DNA of 64,000 bases from IMG/VR virus record IMGVR_UViG_3300045988_100778, positions 1 to 64,000 of that record; one strand, given 5' to 3'. Positions 52,977 through 63,341 of the stretch are shown in pieces; positions within the stretch are counted from its first letter, which is position 1; each line of letters opens with the position of its first letter. The notes below the pieces were generated by a model that worked only from the letters and a program-made list of their open reading frames with translations, made no database searches and had not been told where the DNA came from. The stretch comes from a virus. Position numbers and translations under genes: made by a program.

Positions 52977-55900
52977 ATGATTACTAAGACAGCGAATACG
53001 ATTGCAAATTTAAAGAATTTGTGGATTGAAATGTTTTTAAACAAGACCGACCGTGTTTCAAACATTGCGGACGGTTCTGTACTTAATGGCGTCGCTTATG
53101 GTACCGCAAAGGTGGCGCAAAAAGCGATAAAGGATATTGCCATAGTGGAGGCGCAGATTTTCCCAAAGTCGGCAACAGGCGATTATCTGGACAAATCGGC
53201 CGCGTTGTTCGGTGTAAGTCCGAGAAAAGAAGCGCTTGGCTCCTCTACTTATGTACGTGTTTTTGCCGAGCCTGGCACGCATTATGAGGTAGGAACAAAG
53301 TTTATTTCAAAGAACGGAGTGCAATTTACTGTAGACCAACCTTTTACGGTTGATAAGTCGGGATATGGATATATCAGTGTAAGAAGCGTTATCACTGGGT
53401 CTGCTACCAATGTGGAGGCAAACAGTATTACGGAAGTATCGCCAAGACCATTGACACATATAGAGTGCACGAATGAATATGCGGCTATCGGTGGACGTGA
53501 TTATGAGGACGACGAGACATTCAGAAACAGAATAATAAATTATAATAACAAGCTTTCCACTGACACTATGGAAGGCTGGACGCAAATATTCCAGGATTTA
53601 GACCCGCGCATTTTAAAGGTAATGAATGTTGGGCTGGGTGAGGACGGAAAGACACACATTTACCTTGTAACCCAAAACGGGTCTTTCTTTACGGATGATG
53701 AATTGGAAGAATTGCTTACAAAAGCTACACCCTATTTCGGACTGACCGAACTTGACTTGCAAGGGAATACGCTTGGAATTGTGATAGAAAATGCAAAATG
53801 GATGTATGTAGGCGGTGAAGAGGGGGTGGATTTCCGTGTGGAATTGTCGCCTAATGCAGTGATTGCGGATGTAAGAAAAAATATCCAGATTGCAATGACG
53901 AAGTATCTGGATTTCCGTTTCTGGGAAGCAGGCAAAAAGGTAGAATGGGATGATTTGCTGGAAGTGGTGAAGACTGCGGAAGGCGTTAAGTATGTACCGG
54001 ACGAATATTTCTTTCCCTATTTTGACGAAGAGGTGCCTTTGAACATGTTGCCGCGTATCAAGGGATTCAGAATGCGAGACTTGGAAGGGAATATTCTGTA
54101 TGATTCGGGCAGCAGTTTGTCCAATATTTTTTATCCGGCAGGAGAAAGCGACATATATAAAGGTTCTCAATCGGTTATAGCGTCACAGAAATATTTGTGT
54201 TCATTTACCGTAACCAATACCAAGAATGTAGCCGTACCGGGCGCATATATAACAATAGGAAACAAGGTAATCATTACGGACAGTAACGGTACGGCAAACA
54301 TTCTTTTGGAAAATGGGGAATACACATACATATTGTCAAAAACGAACTGGACACAGAAGACAGGGGAGTTTGTTGTTCTGAACAATCCTATTTACATAAA
54401 CATAAATGATTTTATTGCAACACCCTATCCGGTTACGTTTACTGTATATGAAGGTGAAGCGCCCTTGCAGGGAGTGACTGTAACTACAAGCGTTTACACG
54501 TCAGAAACGGACGATAAGGGGCAGGCAGTCATTAACCTGGAGCCGGGAACCTACGAATACAAGCTTGAAAAGTCGGGTTTCCAGACCATAGAAAGCGTAT
54601 TTACGGTCGAAAATCAGCCAGTAGACATATTTCAAAGAATGTTTCTTACAAAAATGAATGTAAATTTTGCTGTAATTGACAGAAACAGAAGTATTTACAT
54701 TCCGGAAGCAAACATCACAATAAATGACATAAAGGAAAAGACGGATAACGAAGGGCAGGCAAGTATGGGATTGCAAACCGGGAAATACGAAATGAGGGTT
54801 GCAAAAGAAGACTATCAAGACCTTGTAAAGGAAATTGAGATTGTTGGGGAAGACCCTAATTGTATTCTCGTCGAAATGACGGCAATTCCGTATGCGATAA
54901 AGTTTACGGTGCTGGATTCTGCTACCCACATGGTTCTGGAAGGAGCAACGATAAAGATAAATGGTTCTACCTATCTGACCGACAAGGAAGGTATAGCGAT
55001 TATAAGTTTGCCGAACGGAACCTATGAATATACGGTTTTCAAGTCCGGTTATATGTCCGTTAATGATTTTGTAGTGGTGGAAGGTTCGGAAGTTTCTAAA
55101 ATTGTGGAATTGGAACAAGCTTTCTATACATTCCGCTTGACTGTACGGGACATTGAAAACGGTAACTATATCCAGGGTGCAGAATTGCAGATAAACGGAG
55201 AGACGCGTGTAACGAACGTCAACGGTGTTGCAAGCGTAACACTTGGAAACGGTGACTATGAATATACGGTAACGCACAGAAACTATAAGAGATATACCGG
55301 AACTGTGACTATCAAAGACCAGGACGTGCCGGAAACAATTTACTTGGAATTGAGAGATACGGTAATAACATACACTGCAACGGACGCGATAACGAAGGCT
55401 CCTATTTCCGGCGTATATATCGAATTGATAAACAAGGGAACTGGAATTAAGGTGGATTCCGGTTACACGAATGATATAGGTGTATTGCAGCTTGGAGCGG
55501 AAGCAGGGGAATATACTTGGAATGCGACACACAGATATTATGATGCGGTAGAAAACCAGTCGATAACGCTTGAAAAATTGAAGGATATAGACCTTCCCTT
55601 TACTATGACAAGAAGGGAAATCGAACCGGAAGTTGACGTAATAGAGAATATCCCCGGTGTGTCCGGTGATGCTACTACAGTAAGGTTCAGTGGTGAAAAT
55701 ACGGCTGAGACGTTATCTAATGACAGTTATTATTACATAGTTCATACACCGGAAAACTTCGTTATTCCTAACAAAGGGGTGACGTTTGATTTGATGGAAC
55801 ATGTAAAAACTTTTCGACGTGCAGAAATTGGCGGTGAGGACGAGCCATACGATTTTGCAAGTGGAGGTGCAGAATTGGTATTCAACGTATCGAATGACGA

Positions 55901-58900
55901 AATAGCTTCTTTGGAAGGTACGATGTTGACAGTGCAGCCGAATGTGACACGTGATGCACAGCCGAGAACTTTCTATGTGGATGTGACGATAACGACTCCG
56001 GTAAGCCAGGTGACTGTAAAGATAACTGCTGAACAGAAAGCTGCTCTGAACTTCAATCCGGTTAAGGACGGAATTGTCGTTTCGGTAAAAAATATGTACA
56101 ATGATAATGTACGGGAATATACGACGAACGCGGCAGGAAAGATATTTCCGGAAGTGATGTTGGGTATTGACTATCAGTTGACAATAAAGGAGAAAGGTTT
56201 CTACGAGAACAACGGCTTGCTGATTAAGAACTGGGGCTTCGGTGCGAGTGTACCTACACTGATGGAAATAACGGCTTCAAAAAGGCTTGAATTGAGAGTA
56301 AAACAGCAGAATACCCTAAGACCGCTTGAAAATGCGACTATAAAGGTGTCCGGAATGTCACTGCCTCAAACCGTTACGTCCGGAAGTGATGGTTCGGCAA
56401 GAGTGTACATTTCACCTATTGCAATGAGCTATGAGTGTACAGTAACAGACCATACGAAAAAGACTGGAACATTCACACCCCCGTTGTCGGCTGATTATAT
56501 GGATATAATCATGGGTTATGCTGCAATGACATTCAGTCTGACATTAACAGCAAGTAACCCCTATTCCAAGGCGGCAGAAAGTTGTCCGGTAACGGTTACG
56601 AGTGCATGGAGCGGAACATCTTCACAATCATATAGTTTTTCTGGAACAACGGATGCAAGCGGACAATTGACATCACAAGGAAATGGAAATTTCAATATAC
56701 CGCCTGGAAATTATACGATAACCTATGGAGGTGGAAACAGTAATTTCGACGGTAAGACAGAAAATATCTATCTGCCTACGGACAAGACGCATTCAGCAGT
56801 ATTAACAAGAAGAACGAAATCAGTCACATTCACGGTAAAGGAAATAATACCCTCTATTTCGACTACAGCATCAAATCCGGTAAAGACAGGTCTTGTGCTT
56901 GCATGCTATTACAACGACAATAGTACATCTTCGGGTGCGAATGTAACGACGAATGCAAGCGGACAATTTACAAAAACAGTGTATGCAGGAATTGCAGAAC
57001 GTTTCCAGGTGCAACCAATAGGATTCTATTCTGGAAACGGTGCAATAGCTACAGTCAATTATAAAGATGCAAACACAAAAGACCTTGTATATACATGTTC
57101 AAAGAGAATTCCGGTATATATCACATCCAATCTGTATGGTGAGTTAAGTGGCGCATCAGTGACGTTCAACGGAATGTCTGTGAACCAGACAGGAACGACC
57201 AATACGGACGGGATAGTGCAAATGTACATATCTCCGGTAAATATGTCTTACAGTGTAAGCAAGCAGCATTACAATACCAAGACTGGGAATTTCAAGCCTA
57301 CCGGAACAGAAACAAGAATGGATATTGAATTGGAGGCGAAGGAGTACCCGGTCACTTTCCATGTGTCAACACAAGGAGTTTTGCCACCGGACGGAATTTT
57401 GGTACGTGTGACAAACAACGCATTGCCGGACATTGTATTTGAGGGCGAGACGAATGTGGAAGGAACGATAGTCATGCCGAATGTTCCGGTAGGAGAATAC
57501 ACCTATGATGTTCTTGCAGGTGAGGTTTCATCCGACACATTCTTCCATCCTCAAAGTGAAAGTGGTACAGTGTTGGATGTAGAAGTGCAATATGAATTGA
57601 TTAACGCAGGTATTCAAGTTTCGGAGGTGTATGGTACGGCAGGAAGGGCGTATCTGTCAAATCAGACTATTACAATGACTTCCAAGGCAGGAACGATAAA
57701 GCTTACTTTGGATGAGAACGGTTATACCAATCAGTTATTAATAAAGGGATTGGAATACACGTTTACGACTGATTCATACCCGGCTTTTTATAGCAACCCG
57801 ACACAATCCTATACATGGACCGAAGACGGTGTGATATGGCCGTTCAACTTGAATGTGACCTCAAAGATAACGGTCAATGTAAAGGATGTATATGTGAAAA
57901 ACAATATCCAGGGAGTAACGGTAGCTTACAACGAACAGATAGTGACGACGGATGCAAGCGGTAACGCTTCATTGTTCCGGTCAGCACTGACAAAGGACTA
58001 TTCTTTGGATAAAGAGGATTATAGTACAGTAAATGGAACCATTGCACCTACCACGGCTTCACCACTCAATGTCACGATGTTGAGAAACAAACATGTAGTG
58101 ACGGTACAGCAGTATGAAGTAATACCAGGTGGTGCGAGTGTAATTTTGGACGGTGGTTATAATTTTACTCTTAATTATACATCAGCAGCAGGAAACGGAA
58201 CTATTAGTAGTGGTACAAATACATTTGAGGCATATATCGGCATTCCTATCACATTTGCAATAGTAGCAGAGAACAGAAGGGTATTTTATAGTAATCCAAC
58301 TCAAACCCATACATTTACATCGGCAGGTGAGAAATGGAACATGAATCTTACTTGTGCGAAACAGATAACCGTAAATGTGAAAGACAATGTGCCTGGCGCG
58401 AATGTACAGGGAGCTACGATAAACTATTTTACACAGACAAAAACGACGGATGCGAGCGGAAACGCAGTCTTTTATTGGAGTGGTTCAGACCCACGTAATA
58501 TATCAGTAAGTGCTTCAAATCTGGAATCTTATACCGGACAGATAGCTTACAATTCACCAAATCCGTTCAATGTTGTAATGACACGTGCAGCCAATCCGGT
58601 TACACTTGTAGTAAGAGAAATAACGCCAGCACAAACAACTTATTATCAGAACTTACAGATAAAATACACGGTAGGAAGTGCAACCGGAACACTTACTACA
58701 AATGCGAACGGTGCAGTGACATTCAATGGATATATAGGTACGGAAATGACGTTTACGGTAGTGGGACATCCGGAATTTTACAGCAACCCGACACAGAAAC
58801 ACACCTATACAGCCGCCAATCAGTCATGGACTATGGATTTGACGGTAACAGCAAAGATAACGATTAATGTCAAATCGAATGTACCGAGCGGAACAAATTT

Positions 58901-61900
58901 GAGTAGAGCTACCGTATCATATTTTCATCAGACAGGGACAACGGACAATAGCGGTAATGTATCATTGTATAGGAGTTCTGTAACAAGAAATGTAGATATT
59001 ACAGCGACATATCACGGTAATTATAGAGGCAGTATAACGTCAGACACCGCGTCTCCGTTCAACGCGGTAATGACGCGTTCAACCGCGACAGTAAGTCTTG
59101 GAGTGAGTGAAGTTGTTCGGGTTACTCCTAAATACATGCTCGAAATCACTACGGATGCAAGTTCTGCTGTAACTCCTAGATTAGGTGGCTTCTATTTTGG
59201 TACACCAACAGCAGCAAATAAGGAGTTTGTGGCGTATTTTAGAGCAAAGATTCCGGCTGATAGAAAGCTTATTTTTGCAAGTAATGCAACAGGTGACAAC
59301 CCTATAAGAAAATGGGTTAATTCAAATGACGGAAAAGGAACAGGAGGATGGTACACTTATGCCTACTATGTAAGATGCGGTTCTACTGGAAGGTTTTCAA
59401 CAACCAATTTTTTCTATATAGAGGGTGGAAGTAGACCGATTACATGGTATCTCGAAATGGCAACGGTATTCGACATAACCGGAAGCAATGTTCAGAATAA
59501 ATCGGATGCCGAGATTTTAAGTAAGTGTACTTTTGATAGAATGTTGTCTGGCAATAAAGACTTTTTGTTCAATGAAGGCTCGAACAGAATAAGATGGTAC
59601 AATAATTCTAATACAAATGCTGTAACAGTGACAAGAAAGGCGGCTTCTGGAACAGACACGTTTAATTTCACGATGGCAACTTATGCGTCTATGAAGATGA
59701 ATTTCAGTCCGGCAGCTTCTACAAGTCCTTTGACACTTGATACAAACGGTAATGTGTCTTTTGTATGCTATTTAGGTACGCCAGTAACATTCACACCGAC
59801 AACAAGAGCTAATTATTACAGTAATCCAAATACTGCACTGACTTATACAGCAGCAGGACAGTTCCAGGGAATATATCTGATTTGTAACCAAAAGATAACC
59901 ATTAATACAGTAGCGAATATCTACAATACAAGTAATGCACTTGCAGGAACGATAACCTATTTCGGACAGACACTTCCGTCTGGAGGAAGCTTCTATAGAA
60001 GCGGATTAGACAGACAAATGACCGCCACGGCACAGTATTTCAACAACTACGTAGGAACAGTTACCGCCACACAGACATCACCCTATACAGTGACGATGAA
60101 CAGGACGACAAGAACAGTAACATTGATTGTTAGGGAATCAGTAGGTAGCAATGAATATACATTGAGTAATGCGGTGATAGTAAGAAGTGTTCCGTCTACT
60201 TCAAATGCTCCGGCAGGAGAAATAACACTGGACGCAAACGGAAAGAAAACGAATACTGTATATGCAGGTATAAGCTACACCTATACACCAAAGAATTACG
60301 CAAGCTATTACAGCAATGCAAGCCAGGGTCATACATGGACGAGTGAAAACGAGCAATGGATTATGACATTGAATGTGACGGCACGTCTGACATTCAACAT
60401 AAAGAGTTCTAATTATGGGACAAATATAAGTGGAGTATCATGTTCCTATTTAGGACAGACTGGAACGACTGATTCCAGTGGTAACTGGACTGTATACAGA
60501 AGTGGTATAAGTAGAAGCTACTCATTCTCGAAAACAAATTACAATGCGTTATCCGGTACATTATCGGCAGCACAAGCAAGTCCGTTGAACTTGAAAATGA
60601 GTGAGACAAGTTCTTCTATCACTATAACAATAAAGGACTATTATCAGAGTGCCGTAAAAGGAAATGCGAACGGATGTCCGGTAACGCTGACGAACAAGAG
60701 CCTTTCTTCTATCACGTTCACGGGAACGACAAACAGTAGCGGACAGGTGAGTTTCGGACCCATGATAGCAGGTTCATATACATTGTCATGGGGTGGAGGA
60801 ACAAGTTATTGGGTAAATGGAAGTACCACGATAACAATGCCTACAGCAACAACTACACAGAATGCTGTAAGATTGACGAAGATTGTAGGTAATGTATTTT
60901 ATTTCCAAACACCAGCTACAGGAACGGCATTCAAATATTGGGCCGTAAATACTTTATTGAAGCCAGTATATACCACTGGAGGAGTGGCGACAACAGTAAC
61001 TTTGGTAAAATCGGGTGCGACATATTATGATATAGGAAACTACACGTACATTGCAGGTATAGCAACGACAATAAGTACGGCAGTAGCGACATATTTCAGA
61101 ACCGGAAGTTCTACCAACACTGCTTCCGTATATTCTGTCACTCCTACGTACAACTTTAACAATATACCGGGTGTCACAAGTTCAGCGCCTTTATGTTCGT
61201 ATGCGATAAAGGGTATTGTAGTGACTGTACAGAACAGCTATACAAATGCGGCTGTAAATGGAGCCACAATAAAGATGTATGGTATAAACGGTAGTAATGT
61301 TGTTGGAGGCGCAGGAGATGGTGCAGTACAGACTGTAACGACAAACAGTGCAGGACAGGCGACAGTATATATATCTGGACTGACAAACAGATACATAGTA
61401 AGTGCGACAAGATACGTGACATTAAACACCACCAACACGAACACCTCTAACTTTACAATCAAGCTGGTACCGTCGGAAGTGACAATAACAATAAACGTAA
61501 ACAACGCGAGTACAGGTTCAAGAGTAGGAAGTGGTGTAATAGTGAAGCTGTCAAGTAACAACACCAGCACGACATATAGCGGCACTACAAACTCGTCCGG
61601 ACAGGTGGTACTGAAGATAAAGCCGGGCAATTATTGGTGGGAAGCAGGAGGTAGCACGACCTGGGGAGGAAACGGAACAGGAACATGGAATTATCCGAAC
61701 CGTTCCACTACCTCAATCTCTCTCATCAAAGACCAGTCCATAACAATAGAGGCTCTAAAGGTAGGGGTGTGGGTTGATAGTGGAAGTGTGTATTTTGGAT
61801 TTAAAAATAACGAAAGTTTTTATACTGGTATAAATAGAGAAAATGGAGGGTCTGATTATATAGCTCATATCGGCAGTAGTCAAGCATTTATGATGAATAT

Positions 61901-63257
61901 ACCGTCTGATGTAAATACTTCAAATTATACGGTAAAAAAATTCTTATATTCATTTTCAAGACCTGGAATTGCTGCTCCATTTATAAATGCTTCTGTAATA
62001 ACAACTTCTTCCAATGGTTCTTTTCAATATAATATCGGAACTGACTTTAGTTCAAGTGAAGTCTTAATGGCAGATTTTCTTTATCTGTCTCTTTGGGGTG
62101 AAGCTTCTTATAATTACACTTTTGTAATGTATAGTGTAACAAGATATTCATTAGCGGCTTATTATTGTCAAATAAGAATTTTAAAACAGACTGGTCAAAT
62201 GCAACAATCTACATATTTTTTGCAAGAAGTTAGTTATGATGATTTGCCATACATAAAAGATATTTTAAATAATTTTTGTTACAAGAATTATTACGTTCCT
62301 TTATTGAATTATGGAGAAAACCAGGATGATAATTATATTTATATAGTAACGGGAATGGATTGTTTCGAATCTACTGATTATGTAATAAGTTATTCTATAG
62401 ATTATCAGAATACACCTGGGAGTCTTTGGAGCAGAAACCGTCTTCAAATTAGTGGTAATTCGAGAGTAAGTTCTGGTGCTGTAAAGAGATTCTTGTTTAC
62501 ACAAAGTAGTCACGAACTTTCCGTACTGGTATATGGTAAAAGAAATGATGTAAATAATAAATGCCATGCTGCTGTGTTATCGTTTAAAAGTTCAGAATGG
62601 AGTCATATAAGAAGTGGTTCAATCGCCAATAATGTTTGGTCTGTATATGACAATTTCCCGGCTGCATTTACTGACAAAATGGGTAATAATATGTGGGTTT
62701 CAAGTAATCTGAAATGGATGTTTGCTGTTTTGTATGGAACAACAGACAAACCGTATGGAAAGGGCCTCGTTACTGTAAAGAGTGCAACACCTATTATTGG
62801 GAAAACTGGCTGGTCTTTAACTACTTATTATATAGATGATGATTCAACATTGGAAATACGAAATGCAGTTGCTAATAAATACGTTCTTGATATTATTTTC
62901 AATAGCACTGACTATAAGATGATTGTATTATGTAACAGTCTGATAGGTTCTGGATTAGACCAAGATACTTATTATTCTTTTATCAGTCCAGATTATTTAT
63001 ATTGCTTTGTTTATAACGGAAAGAAATGGATGGAATTTTCAAAAGAGAGTGTAGGAATGAGTACGTTGTGGAATAGATATGATAATTATAAGACAATACC
63101 TGGCGGTGGAACGTTTGTCGATTACAAACCTTATTTTAATGTTATGGGTGTTACTGGTATATATGATAGTAACAGAAATATTTCTTTTGTCTATCCAGCA
63201 AAATATTCAACTTATGAACCAACAGCTTATGAATATAGTCTGACATTTGGTGATTGA
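52977..63257 (+). CDS. giant baseplate-J-like / tail fibre fusion protein (3,426 aa)
   Basis: Single uninterrupted ORF. The N-terminal ~390 aa are Baseplate_J-like (DGSVLNGVAYGTAKVAQKA...GDYLDKSAALFGVSPR). Dozens of beta-sandwich repeats follow, then a distinct ~500-aa C-terminal tip. Confidence 0.85.
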   Translation: MITKTANTIANLKNLWIEMFLNKTDRVSNIADGSVLNGVAYGTAKVAQKAIKDIAIVEAQIFPKSATGDYLDKSAALFGVSPRKEALGSSTYVRVFAEPGTHYEVGTKFISKNGVQFTVDQPFTVDKSGYGYISVRSVITGSATNVEANSITEVSPRPLTHIECTNEYAAIGGRDYEDDETFRNRIINYNNKLSTDTMEGWTQIFQDLDPRILKVMNVGLGEDGKTHIYLVTQNGSFFTDDELEELLTKATPYFGLTELDLQGNTLGIVIENAKWMYVGGEEGVDFRVELSPNAVIADVRKNIQIAMTKYLDFRFWEAGKKVEWDDLLEVVKTAEGVKYVPDEYFFPYFDEEVPLNMLPRIKGFRMRDLEGNILYDSGSSLSNIFYPAGESDIYKGSQSVIASQKYLCSFTVTNTKNVAVPGAYITIGNKVIITDSNGTANILLENGEYTYILSKTNWTQKTGEFVVLNNPIYININDFIATPYPVTFTVYEGEAPLQGVTVTTSVYTSETDDKGQAVINLEPGTYEYKLEKSGFQTIESVFTVENQPVDIFQRMFLTKMNVNFAVIDRNRSIYIPEANITINDIKEKTDNEGQASMGLQTGKYEMRVAKEDYQDLVKEIEIVGEDPNCILVEMTAIPYAIKFTVLDSATHMVLEGATIKINGSTYLTDKEGIAIISLPNGTYEYTVFKSGYMSVNDFVVVEGSEVSKIVELEQAFYTFRLTVRDIENGNYIQGAELQINGETRVTNVNGVASVTLGNGDYEYTVTHRNYKRYTGTVTIKDQDVPETIYLELRDTVITYTATDAITKAPISGVYIELINKGTGIKVDSGYTNDIGVLQLGAEAGEYTWNATHRYYDAVENQSITLEKLKDIDLPFTMTRREIEPEVDVIENIPGVSGDATTVRFSGENTAETLSNDSYYYIVHTPENFVIPNKGVTFDLMEHVKTFRRAEIGGEDEPYDFASGGAELVFNVSNDEIASLEGTMLTVQPNVTRDAQPRTFYVDVTITTPVSQVTVKITAEQKAALNFNPVKDGIVVSVKNMYNDNVREYTTNAAGKIFPEVMLGIDYQLTIKEKGFYENNGLLIKNWGFGASVPTLMEITASKRLELRVKQQNTLRPLENATIKVSGMSLPQTVTSGSDGSARVYISPIAMSYECTVTDHTKKTGTFTPPLSADYMDIIMGYAAMTFSLTLTASNPYSKAAESCPVTVTSAWSGTSSQSYSFSGTTDASGQLTSQGNGNFNIPPGNYTITYGGGNSNFDGKTENIYLPTDKTHSAVLTRRTKSVTFTVKEIIPSISTTASNPVKTGLVLACYYNDNSTSSGANVTTNASGQFTKTVYAGIAERFQVQPIGFYSGNGAIATVNYKDANTKDLVYTCSKRIPVYITSNLYGELSGASVTFNGMSVNQTGTTNTDGIVQMYISPVNMSYSVSKQHYNTKTGNFKPTGTETRMDIELEAKEYPVTFHVSTQGVLPPDGILVRVTNNALPDIVFEGETNVEGTIVMPNVPVGEYTYDVLAGEVSSDTFFHPQSESGTVLDVEVQYELINAGIQVSEVYGTAGRAYLSNQTITMTSKAGTIKLTLDENGYTNQLLIKGLEYTFTTDSYPAFYSNPTQSYTWTEDGVIWPFNLNVTSKITVNVKDVYVKNNIQGVTVAYNEQIVTTDASGNASLFRSALTKDYSLDKEDYSTVNGTIAPTTASPLNVTMLRNKHVVTVQQYEVIPGGASVILDGGYNFTLNYTSAAGNGTISSGTNTFEAYIGIPITFAIVAENRRVFYSNPTQTHTFTSAGEKWNMNLTCAKQITVNVKDNVPGANVQGATINYFTQTKTTDASGNAVFYWSGSDPRNISVSASNLESYTGQIAYNSPNPFNVVMTRAANPVTLVVREITPAQTTYYQNLQIKYTVGSATGTLTTNANGAVTFNGYIGTEMTFTVVGHPEFYSNPTQKHTYTAANQSWTMDLTVTAKITINVKSNVPSGTNLSRATVSYFHQTGTTDNSGNVSLYRSSVTRNVDITATYHGNYRGSITSDTASPFNAVMTRSTATVSLGVSEVVRVTPKYMLEITTDASSAVTPRLGGFYFGTPTAANKEFVAYFRAKIPADRKLIFASNATGDNPIRKWVNSNDGKGTGGWYTYAYYVRCGSTGRFSTTNFFYIEGGSRPITWYLEMATVFDITGSNVQNKSDAEILSKCTFDRMLSGNKDFLFNEGSNRIRWYNNSNTNAVTVTRKAASGTDTFNFTMATYASMKMNFSPAASTSPLTLDTNGNVSFVCYLGTPVTFTPTTRANYYSNPNTALTYTAAGQFQGIYLICNQKITINTVANIYNTSNALAGTITYFGQTLPSGGSFYRSGLDRQMTATAQYFNNYVGTVTATQTSPYTVTMNRTTRTVTLIVRESVGSNEYTLSNAVIVRSVPSTSNAPAGEITLDANGKKTNTVYAGISYTYTPKNYASYYSNASQGHTWTSENEQWIMTLNVTARLTFNIKSSNYGTNISGVSCSYLGQTGTTDSSGNWTVYRSGISRSYSFSKTNYNALSGTLSAAQASPLNLKMSETSSSITITIKDYYQSAVKGNANGCPVTLTNKSLSSITFTGTTNSSGQVSFGPMIAGSYTLSWGGGTSYWVNGSTTITMPTATTTQNAVRLTKIVGNVFYFQTPATGTAFKYWAVNTLLKPVYTTGGVATTVTLVKSGATYYDIGNYTYIAGIATTISTAVATYFRTGSSTNTASVYSVTPTYNFNNIPGVTSSAPLCSYAIKGIVVTVQNSYTNAAVNGATIKMYGINGSNVVGGAGDGAVQTVTTNSAGQATVYISGLTNRYIVSATRYVTLNTTNTNTSNFTIKLVPSEVTITINVNNASTGSRVGSGVIVKLSSNNTSTTYSGTTNSSGQVVLKIKPGNYWWEAGGSTTWGGNGTGTWNYPNRSTTSISLIKDQSITIEALKVGVWVDSGSVYFGFKNNESFYTGINRENGGSDYIAHIGSSQAFMMNIPSDVNTSNYTVKKFLYSFSRPGIAAPFINASVITTSSNGSFQYNIGTDFSSSEVLMADFLYLSLWGEASYNYTFVMYSVTRYSLAAYYCQIRILKQTGQMQQSTYFLQEVSYDDLPYIKDILNNFCYKNYYVPLLNYGENQDDNYIYIVTGMDCFESTDYVISYSIDYQNTPGSLWSRNRLQISGNSRVSSGAVKRFLFTQSSHELSVLVYGKRNDVNNKCHAAVLSFKSSEWSHIRSGSIANNVWSVYDNFPAAFTDKMGNNMWVSSNLKWMFAVLYGTTDKPYGKGLVTVKSATPIIGKTGWSLTTYYIDDDSTLEIRNAVANKYVLDIIFNSTDYKMIVLCNSLIGSGLDQDTYYSFISPDYLYCFVYNGKKWMEFSKESVGMSTLWNRYDNYKTIPGGGTFVDYKPYFNVMGVTGIYDSNRNISFVYPAKYSTYEPTAYEYSLTFGD
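54200..55610 (+). repeat. array of ~7 carboxypeptidase-regulatory-like (~85 aa) domains
   Basis: Recurrent pattern x-V-x-G-A-x-I-x-I-N-G-x-x-x-x-T-D-x-x-G-x-A-x-x-x-L-x-x-G-x-Y-E-Y-x-V-x-K-x-G-Y. Confidence 0.65.
57785..60800 (+). repeat. ~495-bp two-domain super-repeat ((F/Y)YSN... units)
   Basis: The motif (F/Y)YSN(P/A) starts at about 57785, 58284, 58776, 59812 and 60305. The 58776-59812 interval carries an extra ~540-bp unique insert. Confidence 0.7.
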
Positions 63258-63263
63258 TTTAAT

Positions 63264-63319
63264 AAAGAGTAACTATATACCTAAACATTCTTGATGTAAA
63301 TGGTATATAGTTACTCTTT
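63264..63319. terminator. perfect 18-bp inverted repeat between convergent fibre-tip ORFs
   Basis: AAAGAGTAACTATATACC (63264-63281) and GGTATATAGTTACTCTTT (63302-63319), separated by a 20-nt spacer. Confidence 0.6.
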
Positions 63320-63341
63320 AATTAATATGAACACTTATTTA

